The notes under the pieces are model-generated. The model saw only the letters and a program-made list of their open reading frames with translations. It made no database searches and was not told the DNA's origin. The translations under genes and the position numbers were made by a program. A stretch of 64,000 bases of DNA from a virus (lineage: Duplodnaviria > Caudoviricetes), in the IMG/VR virus record IMGVR_UViG_642973512_000001, positions 68,563 to 132,562 of that record; one strand, 5' to 3'. Below, in pieces: positions 57,548-64,000 of the stretch; within the stretch, counting starts at the first letter, position 1; every line of letters begins with the position of its first letter.

Positions 57548-57890
57548 ATCGTATTTGGCTCACACAGTTTTGGAAAAGGGTATGATTATCTATAGTATGG
57601 ACGGTGGGGGTTCAGATATTAATAAAGCTACTATGACCAGAGAGCATATTATTGATATTGGACCATACAAAGAACTACAAAAGATTCACAAGGACTATAT
57701 TGATGAGTTAGTAAAAGTTAAGCCTAGTAAAAAAGATGTAGAAGTATGGATCATTATGGAGCCTGTAACTAGTGAGGGACCTAAGTCTTTTGTAGATATT
57801 CGAGACTTTGGTAGGTGGGCTGTAGTAGATTGGCGAGAGAAATGGAAAAAGGAACAAAGGATGGATGAAAATGACAAAGCATCTGAGTAA
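57537..57890 (+). CDS. Hypothetical protein
   Basis: ORF in operon with RBS. Confidence 0.6.
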   Translation: MENKSYLAHTVLEKGMIIYSMDGGGSDINKATMTREHIIDIGPYKELQKIHKDYIDELVKVKPSKKDVEVWIIMEPVTSEGPKSFVDIRDFGRWAVVDWREKWKKEQRMDENDKASE

Positions 57891-58149
57891 TCCTAGGCTG
57901 ACAACGGCTGATAATTTGCGTGCAGGGGAATTGATAGAATTTAGAAATGGGTACAAAGAGAAACGAGGGTTTCTATGGCGTAAGAAGAAGGTAGTAAAAA
58001 GGAGTCTTTACAGGGTTGAAAATATAAAAAAGGAGTATAGATCACCTACTGTTAGGATACACCTAGAAGATTATCAAACAGGAGAGCAAAGAGTAGTCAC
58101 GCTAGCTTGTGAACGTGAAATGTATGCCTTTGTTATGGAGGAGTACTGA
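57865..58149 (+). CDS. Hypothetical protein, paralogue of the next gene
   Basis: Aligns by eye with the C-terminal part of 58149-58559. Confidence 0.65.
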   Translation: MKMTKHLSNPRLTTADNLRAGELIEFRNGYKEKRGFLWRKKKVVKRSLYRVENIKKEYRSPTVRIHLEDYQTGEQRVVTLACEREMYAFVMEEY

Positions 58150-58559
58150 TGAACCAAGCAGAACAAATAGTGGTATGGATGATATTCATTCCTTATATGC
58201 TAGGTCTATTAGTTATAATTTGGGGCGGTTGTCTAATAAGTAGAGACTTGATGAGTGGTAAGGAAAAGAAAGTTAAAAGGGTACCCGGCCTAGGACCGGG
58301 TAGAATTACTAGGGTTGGTAACTTGAGTGAAGGAGAGGTAATACCTCTAGAACAAGGTTTTGTAGAGAAGAGGGTTCTGTTTGTAAAGAAGAAGATTCCT
58401 GTAGTAAAGCTATATGAAGTAAAAGCAAAGAGGTTTTTTAGAGACCCAACTGATAGACTAGTCGAGCTTGACCTTGAAAATATAGAAACTAATGAACAAA
58501 AAGAAGCTAAGTTGGAAGGTGACCGTAAAATCTCAGCCTACACAATGGAGGTATACTAA
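58149..58559 (+). CDS. Membrane-anchored hypothetical protein
   Basis: N-terminal TM helix plus a domain shared with the previous gene. Confidence 0.65.
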   Translation: MNQAEQIVVWMIFIPYMLGLLVIIWGGCLISRDLMSGKEKKVKRVPGLGPGRITRVGNLSEGEVIPLEQGFVEKRVLFVKKKIPVVKLYEVKAKRFFRDPTDRLVELDLENIETNEQKEAKLEGDRKISAYTMEVY

Positions 58560-58828
58560 TGAAAACTAAAATGAGTTTCGGAGAAGCATTAGAGGTTCTT
58601 AAGCAAGGTATGCAAGTATATAGGTCTGGGTGGAATGGTAAGAACATGTTCCTATTCCTTAAGAGTTCTGATGCACTAGCTTCTGATTTTGGATTTGGAT
58701 TTGGAGAGTATATTAATGAACCCGTGTTTGGGAACATCATCTTTATCAAGACAGCAGATAACAAAATACATGCCTGGGTGCCTTCTCAAACAGACGTTCT
58801 AGCAGAGGATTGGGACATTGTATCATAG
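58559..58828 (+). CDS. tad2: Thoeris anti-defence protein Tad2 (DUF2829 nucleotide-signal sponge)
   Basis: 89 aa; 'FGEALE.LK.G..V.R.GWNGK.MF' and 'WVPSQTDVLAEDW' DUF2829 signatures. Confidence 0.9.
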   Translation: MKTKMSFGEALEVLKQGMQVYRSGWNGKNMFLFLKSSDALASDFGFGFGEYINEPVFGNIIFIKTADNKIHAWVPSQTDVLAEDWDIVS

Positions 58829-58855
58829 AGGTCCTAGGTAAAGGAGGTAAGGAAA

Positions 58856-59083
58856 ATGGAATGGGTCTATTGGGTAGTAGGAGGGTACATTATACCTACT
58901 GTGCTTTGTTATCTACTGACTCGTAAAGCCATAATAATGGGATTGTATAACGCCAGCTTAGAAGCATTACTGCACTGTATTACACCTGTGGTTAATATTA
59001 TATTCACTTTGTACTTTTGCCAGTCTCTACCTAAGTACGCCAGTAAGAAAACATTTAGGAAAATATTCCTACTAAAGGATTGA
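58856..59083 (+). CDS. Small membrane protein
   Basis: Two hydrophobic segments; AAGGAGGT RBS. Confidence 0.65.
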   Translation: MEWVYWVVGGYIIPTVLCYLLTRKAIIMGLYNASLEALLHCITPVVNIIFTLYFCQSLPKYASKKTFRKIFLLKD

Positions 59084-59084
59084 T

Positions 59085-59273
59085 ATGAAGGCACATATCT
59101 TCAAGCAAGTCTATGATGGTTATAGGGAAATTGAAGTCTCTCCTGAGGAAATGTTTTGTACACTTCCTTGTGAAGATTGCTCAGGAGAAGGCTTCTTTTG
59201 GATAACGGATGAAGATTATCAGGTTTGTGTAGAGTGCAAAGGCTCTGGTTCGGTGTACGTAAGTCTTGTATAA
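59085..59273 (+). CDS. Small DnaJ-type zinc-finger protein
   Basis: CEDCSGEG..CVECKGSG (two CxxCxGxG repeats). Confidence 0.7.
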   Translation: MKAHIFKQVYDGYREIEVSPEEMFCTLPCEDCSGEGFFWITDEDYQVCVECKGSGSVYVSLV

Positions 59274-59288
59274 GGGAGGTGGGTTAGT

Positions 59289-59558
59289 ATGTATTTAGAC
59301 CAAGAGTGGTTAAGGGAAAACTTCATTGAAGGAACTACAGAAAATACCAAAGTAGGAGATAGAGTCTACGTGAGCGGTATTGATGGGGTGGACGAGGTAT
59401 TGTATGAGCATACAGTACATGAGGTACTTGACAATTCCATTCGTTCAACAGAAAATAATGACATGATCCTTCCCTACGTCGACCATCCAGTTAGTAGGGG
59501 ATTAGAGGAGCACCGATTCTGGTACTTAAAAAGAAAACCGATAGGAGAATTGTTATGA
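59289..59558 (+). CDS. Hypothetical protein
   Basis: GGAGGTG RBS. Confidence 0.65.
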   Translation: MYLDQEWLRENFIEGTTENTKVGDRVYVSGIDGVDEVLYEHTVHEVLDNSIRSTENNDMILPYVDHPVSRGLEEHRFWYLKRKPIGELL

Positions 59559-59695
59559 AAGTAAAAGACGTAATTAAAGAGTTATCTAAATTTGACTCTG
59601 AGGCTATTGTGACGGTCTCAGTAGGTGAGGAAGTACCATTAGCAGATTTCAAAGTGACCGAGGGCTATGATGATCAGGTGCATATAGGAGACTAA
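59555..59695 (+). CDS. Small hypothetical protein (46 aa, not in ORF track)
   Basis: AGGAG RBS; MKVKDVIKELSKFDSEA..., same N-terminal pattern as 61809. Confidence 0.6.
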   Translation: MKVKDVIKELSKFDSEAIVTVSVGEEVPLADFKVTEGYDDQVHIGD

Positions 59696-59719
59696 AAGAA
59701 ATCATAAGGAGTGAGTATA

Positions 59720-60031
59720 ATGAAATTTATTTATGCAGATAACGATAACTTTGGTAAGGCAATTAACGAGGTACGCAAAGAGCAGGGTTTAGACCCTATT
59801 GAAGGTGGAGAAGCAAGATTACCTTCAAATATCCTAGTTGCTTTCTGTAAGGAAGATGACTTCCGTAGAGGAAAAGATGGTATTTTTAGACTAGGAGTGG
59901 ATATGGTAACTTCCCTTGAAGATGGAGATACTATACAAGTGATACATGAGGAATCCGGTATAGAGCAAGTAGGTACTGTTCACTTACAAACAGATGGCAG
60001 TTTTCAGTTTGTACCGAAAGAGGATAAATAA
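59720..60031 (+). CDS. Hypothetical protein
   Basis: AAGGAGTG RBS. Confidence 0.65.
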   Translation: MKFIYADNDNFGKAINEVRKEQGLDPIEGGEARLPSNILVAFCKEDDFRRGKDGIFRLGVDMVTSLEDGDTIQVIHEESGIEQVGTVHLQTDGSFQFVPKEDK

Positions 60032-60190
60032 TAGATACAGTTAGATTTACCCCCACATATCATCATTTGTGGGGGGATAGCTACTATATAGGCTCCATAC
60101 TTGCTTTTACACCACGTCCATGCTGTAGGTGTGGAGAAAGACCTACACAAATGAGAGCCGAGTGTAACCAGTGTTACAAGGAGGATATTT

Positions 60191-60364
60191 ATGGAGAGAC
60201 CACACATTTATATGCTCATAGGTAGCATACTTGGAATTATTGGGGCAATTATCTTAGCTTTTTACTATACAAGTAACTCACTATTTGTAGGGATATGCTC
60301 TCTAGTGGTTTTTATACTTGGAGCAGTACTCTGCTTGATAGGTGTAGTAGATGAGTTCTCATAA
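60191..60364 (+). CDS. Small two-TM membrane protein (57 aa, not in ORF track)
   Basis: AAGGAGG RBS; MERPHIYMLIGSILGIIGAIILAF... Confidence 0.6.
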   Translation: MERPHIYMLIGSILGIIGAIILAFYYTSNSLFVGICSLVVFILGAVLCLIGVVDEFS

Positions 60365-60394
60365 CTTGTGCTATGATCTGTAAGGAAGGTATTT

Positions 60395-60616
60395 ATGGAA
60401 AAAGTTAAAGTAAGTAAAGAGATAGCTGAGTTGCTGGATAGACAAAGTAAGGATGATTGGTGGAAACAGTTCAATCTTATTGCCCACTGTGGAGGGTACT
60501 CAGGTAATGGCATACAATATAAGAGCATCTATACCGAAGAGTTCAGACCTCTGGAGAAACTAAAGCCCCTAGATTATGCGAAATGTATTATAATTGGGTA
60601 TGAAGTAGAGGAGTAG
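60395..60616 (+). CDS. DUF1642-like hypothetical protein
   Basis: 'EKVKVSKEIAELL...IIGYEVE'. Confidence 0.65.
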   Translation: MEKVKVSKEIAELLDRQSKDDWWKQFNLIAHCGGYSGNGIQYKSIYTEEFRPLEKLKPLDYAKCIIIGYEVEE

Positions 60617-60624
60617 GATACAGT

Positions 60625-60909
60625 ATGAGTCTACAGAGTAATGAAAGTAACCCTATTATCCAGTTTATGGAAAGTCTAATTGAAGATATGGGTGACATGA
60701 CTTGGAATGTTGTAAGCATAGAAGAGTATAAAGAAGTTAAGAGTGAAGATGGTACTGTATATGCTGAACTGTCTGATGGGTCTAGGTTTGAGAAACAGGA
60801 GAACATCTATATCCACCAGATGCAAGGATTCTTTGAAGATGACTACAGCGGCACTGTGATTAAGCCTGTAACTGATACCATGGCGGTTGTTGTTTCTTAT
60901 CGTAGCTAA
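60625..60909 (+). CDS. Hypothetical acidic protein
   Basis: ORF in operon. Confidence 0.65.
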   Translation: MSLQSNESNPIIQFMESLIEDMGDMTWNVVSIEEYKEVKSEDGTVYAELSDGSRFEKQENIYIHQMQGFFEDDYSGTVIKPVTDTMAVVVSYRS

Positions 60910-60925
60910 GGAGGAGGAAAACAAA

Positions 60926-61204
60926 ATGACTAAATTCAGAAAGAAGCCCATTGAGGTAGAAGCGGTTGAGTTTAAAGGATGGAACAGCAAGCAACAGGTA
61001 GAATTTAGTGATCGCCCAGAATGGCTAAATGAAGCTATTGGAAAAGAAATTCTTTTCTTCGGAGAACCTAGAACAATAACTATCAAAACACTTGAAGGAA
61101 GTATGATTGCAAACGAAGGCGATTTTATCATCAAGGGTGTAAAAGACGAGCTATACCCATGTAAGCCTGACATATTCCACAAAACATACGAGGAGGTAAA
61201 ATAA
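60926..61204 (+). CDS. acb4: Probable anti-CBASS sponge Acb4 family protein
   Basis: 92 aa 'KFRKKPIEVEAV...TLEG.M.A..GDFIIKGVKDELYPCKPDIF.KTYE'; family link recalled, not searched. Confidence 0.65.
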   Translation: MTKFRKKPIEVEAVEFKGWNSKQQVEFSDRPEWLNEAIGKEILFFGEPRTITIKTLEGSMIANEGDFIIKGVKDELYPCKPDIFHKTYEEVK

Positions 61205-61205
61205 A

Positions 61206-61442
61206 ATGAGTAAATTTATTGAGGTTACACTAGATTCAGGAACTATGTTTAAGGGGTTAAAAGTTGCACGCTCATCTATTAGGAAGGATGCCATCATGGA
61301 AGTATCTGAAGTGGAAGCAATCCGTGGGGAGCAAAAGGGAGAAAAAAGGTGCAAGATTAGGATGGCGGATACTCTAGGTACTAAGGTGTACTACCTGATA
61401 GACTCATACGATGAAATTATGGAGAAATTGGCTCATGAATAA
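61206..61442 (+). CDS. Hypothetical protein
   Basis: GAGGAGGT RBS. Confidence 0.65.
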   Translation: MSKFIEVTLDSGTMFKGLKVARSSIRKDAIMEVSEVEAIRGEQKGEKRCKIRMADTLGTKVYYLIDSYDEIMEKLAHE

Positions 61443-61812
61443 GAGAGATAAAAGACGTAGAGCCGCCCAACTCAGGAAGGCAGAGCAATCCAAGCACAAA
61501 AAGTACCACAGTCTTGCTGAGTATAAAGGGGTAACCGAGGAAGAGTTTGATGCATATGTAAAGGAGCATAACCTTAAAGAACGTCCTATGTTCGCTGACA
61601 AGGTTCTGTACCTAGATAACGAAGGTATCCCAAAAGCTTATAAGTGGTTACCTTTTTATGACCAAGAGACTTCAGTAGAAACCTACTATGTCTATGATGG
61701 CGGGGATAACTTTGAGAGATCAGTACGACAACATCTAAAGGAGTCTGTATACTGGAGTCGTGAGTTTAATAAAGATGGTAAGCCCATGAAGCTAAGGGAG
61801 AGGCAGAAATGA
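61435..61812 (+). CDS. Hypothetical protein
   Basis: ORF in operon; core resembles 46436-46810. Confidence 0.6.
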   Translation: MNKRDKRRRAAQLRKAEQSKHKKYHSLAEYKGVTEEEFDAYVKEHNLKERPMFADKVLYLDNEGIPKAYKWLPFYDQETSVETYYVYDGGDNFERSVRQHLKESVYWSREFNKDGKPMKLRERQK

Positions 61813-62030
61813 AGATCAAACATGCTATTGAGGAATTAAAAAAGCTTAACCCTGAGAAAGACCTCTATGTAGAAGCGAATCGGGAACTTGGAATGGTCAC
61901 TGGTCTAGTAACTGACCCTACTGGAGACGCCATGTTTGTGGACTGGGAGAGACCCTTAGAGAAACAAAAACATGACTTATACAAGTATACTAAGTCTACT
62001 GAGGGGGAGGAGGGTCCCCATGAATCTTAA
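61809..62030 (+). CDS. Hypothetical protein
   Basis: ATGA overlap; GGAGAGG RBS. Confidence 0.65.
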   Translation: MKIKHAIEELKKLNPEKDLYVEANRELGMVTGLVTDPTGDAMFVDWERPLEKQKHDLYKYTKSTEGEEGPHES

Positions 62031-62379
62031 TAACCTAGAGAAGTACTCCAAGAAAGAGTTAATGCAGATATACAGGAACTTGAATAACTGGAAGTGGGAT
62101 TATAGGCTGGGAGAGAAGCCCAAGGGGTGGGACAATCTTCCAAATAAAGGGGCAAAACTTGGGCTTGCAAGTAAACAGATATATACCCTATCAGCTATTC
62201 AAAGGATTCAAGAGCACATGGGAATTAAGCGTCTGCATCTGAAGCCTAGTGTGATAATGTCACATAGGAAAGGTCTAGCATTTGAGATATGGTGGATACT
62301 GTTCAGGCTTAGAGATAAGATAGAATATCGTAAGTATAAAAAGAAGCTGATTGAAGTGGAAGAATTTGGTGATCTCTAG
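62020..62379 (+). CDS. Hypothetical basic protein
   Basis: GGAGGAGG RBS before ATG 62020. Confidence 0.65.
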   Translation: MNLNNLEKYSKKELMQIYRNLNNWKWDYRLGEKPKGWDNLPNKGAKLGLASKQIYTLSAIQRIQEHMGIKRLHLKPSVIMSHRKGLAFEIWWILFRLRDKIEYRKYKKKLIEVEEFGDL

Positions 62380-62463
62380 GACAATCCTAGGGATTTTCTA
62401 TTTGATTCTATTAATTTCCTAAAGATTTTTGTAAAGGTAAATAAAGGAAATTAAAGGAGGAAA

Positions 62464-62829
62464 ATGGAAATGGTTAATGATCCATACACTAACCCATTAG
62501 GTGGATTGTTTGATGTAGGGGAAGGGCTAAAGGCTAGGTTTGATGGTGTAAGCTTTGATTGCACTACTGTTCGCAAAACTATTGATAGGAGCGGGAATTA
62601 TATTCTGGTTGATGATTTAGTAGGTAAAGGGTATGTGTGGGTTGAGGATTATAGAGGACTTGCTGTGTGTGAAGCCTTTGGAAAGTCTACAAGTATCAAA
62701 ACTACTACTAGCTTGGAGTTTGATCTTCGTAAGCTGTCTGAAGAAACTAAACAACTTATGGTAGAGGTTTATGCTAGGATACAGGATGAACTAAAGGCTG
62801 ATATCAAGGCTACTATAGAGACTAGATGA
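62464..62829 (+). CDS. Hypothetical protein
   Basis: AAGGAGG RBS; followed by a hairpin at about 62861-62888. Confidence 0.7.
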   Translation: MEMVNDPYTNPLGGLFDVGEGLKARFDGVSFDCTTVRKTIDRSGNYILVDDLVGKGYVWVEDYRGLAVCEAFGKSTSIKTTTSLEFDLRKLSEETKQLMVEVYARIQDELKADIKATIETR

Positions 62830-63181
62830 TCTTAGTATTCAAATATTTCTTATACAAAATTCCCCTAGATTTTCCTAGGGGATTTCTTCTGCCCACAAAA
62901 GACACTGAACGTAATCAAACTTGGTAACAAGTTGCTATTTAATTTGTGTGGGCTTTTCAGCGTTTGATCAGGATTATTTTTGCAATATTTTTGTAGTTGT
63001 CCCGCCTGAATTACGGCTTGTAAATCAAATATTAAATTTATTTAAGCTAAGCGGCGGTAGACTTTTACAAGCCCTGCAACATCATATCCTGAGTATCTTG
63101 AAATTTCTTTTTACGTAACTTTTTACAACCCCCTTAACATCCTACTGTAAGTATCTTACAATCCAATATTTACAAGACTAC

Positions 63182-63212
63182 AAGAGGTACATTATACAAT
63201 GTCCTCTTTTTT
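63182..63212 (+). terminator. Terminator-like hairpin
   Basis: AAGAGGTACATT-ATAC-AATGTCCTCTT followed by T tract. Confidence 0.5.
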
Positions 63213-63339
63213 GTATGCCTTTTTTACCCTATAAACCACTTCCCCAAATCATAAATTCAATATACAAAGTGTATTATTTTCATATAATTTTGACCTCCGA
63301 TTTTTATACTCTTTCTTAGGATTTGAATTCATATGAGTA

Positions 63340-63700
63340 GTGACGATATTTAAGGGCGAAGCACCCGAAAGGGTGATGCTTATCGACCCTGATAAGTATC
63401 AAGCGAAGGTACTCCGAAGGATACCTACTAGCGACCTGAAGGGATTAGCGAAGTCCTACCGAGGTACTCCGAAGGGGCTACCGAGTGGTAACCTGAGGGT
63501 TACATGTAGGACTACGATAATACGAGCGTATAGCGATGTTGCTTTGGAATGGTTGGGCGATACACTTTTGTGTATAGGGGTACTCTGTATCCCCTACTAC
63601 AGTGCAAAAAAGGGTATCGGAGGAGTACGAAGTACGGGGGTAGCTGGGTACGGCAGGAGCTATGCTCTCTGCACAGTGTAATAGGGAACTGAGCGGGCAG
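63340..63700. ncRNA. Candidate structured non-coding RNA (or structured DNA) element
   Basis: GC-rich island densely packed with hairpins and repeated GCGA/CCGAAGG motifs. Confidence 0.45.
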
Positions 63701-63710
63701 ATAACTTATA

Positions 63711-64000
63711 TCTGAAGAGTATAGGCTTTAATGCCTAGAAAAGTTCAGGGGCACCAGAATTTAGAGCATATCTGAAGAGTAATGACATTACATGTTCACA
63801 AAACTCAGGGGGCTAGATTTCAAAGTCCTATCCGAAGTGTACGTTGATACAGCATTCACAAACATATTCGGGGACCAGAATTTAGAGTCCTTACCTGAGG
63901 TATATTGGCGTATACGTCCAAACAAACTTCAGGGACCAGAATTTAGAGTCCTTACCTGAGGTATATTGGCGTATACGTCCAAACAAACTTCAGGGACCCT
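63711..64000 (+). repeat. Degenerate 60-63 bp tandem array of hairpin units (at least 5 copies, runs to the window edge)
   Basis: Units start at 63711, 63771, 63831, 63894 and 63955; the last two are exact copies with a 61-bp period. Confidence 0.92.

Noticed and set aside
63340-63681. 113-aa ORF
   Set aside because: No RBS, atypical composition, and the region is better explained by secondary structure.
63712-63742. Hammerhead ribozyme core (CTGAAGA-stem-GAAA) in array unit 1
   Set aside because: Extra bases precede stem II, the other units have CAAA, stems I and III are not evident, and CTGAA pairs with the downstream TTCAG instead.
63711-64000. CRISPR array
   Set aside because: Repeats are degenerate, the variable parts are short and self-complementary, two units are identical, and no cas genes are present.

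Overview
This window is about 64 kb from the middle and right part of a lytic Bacillus myovirus genome, either phage SPO1 or a very close relative. The identification rests on recalled SPO1 proteins (TF1, sigma factors gp28 and gp34, gp33, gp27, dUMP hydroxymethylase gp29) and a DNA polymerase split by an 882-nt group I intron encoding I-HmuI. Gene order: end of the tail module (two beta-helix spike proteins); lysis cassette; replication and hmU nucleotide-metabolism cluster; a leftward 6-kb plasmid-like cassette (pilin-like, ParM, ParR-like, three small membrane proteins, VirD4/VirB4-like ATPase, replication-relaxation protein); polymerase, SSB, exonuclease and ligase; an accessory region (PghP, SASP, intein-containing UvrD, Tad2, probable Acb4, many small ORFs); and a non-coding end. 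Most notable: (1) the leftward partition/DNA-transfer cassette, possibly sporulation-linked; (2) a ~60-bp tandem hairpin array with compensatory stem changes, preceded by a dense multi-hairpin element, at 63.3-64.0 kb; (3) two homologous, inverted poly(A)-tract elements at 9.7 and 30.4 kb that look like origins; (4) a (TA)9 frameshift switch in a zinc-ribbon gene. All family assignments come from motif recognition by eye, not database searches.
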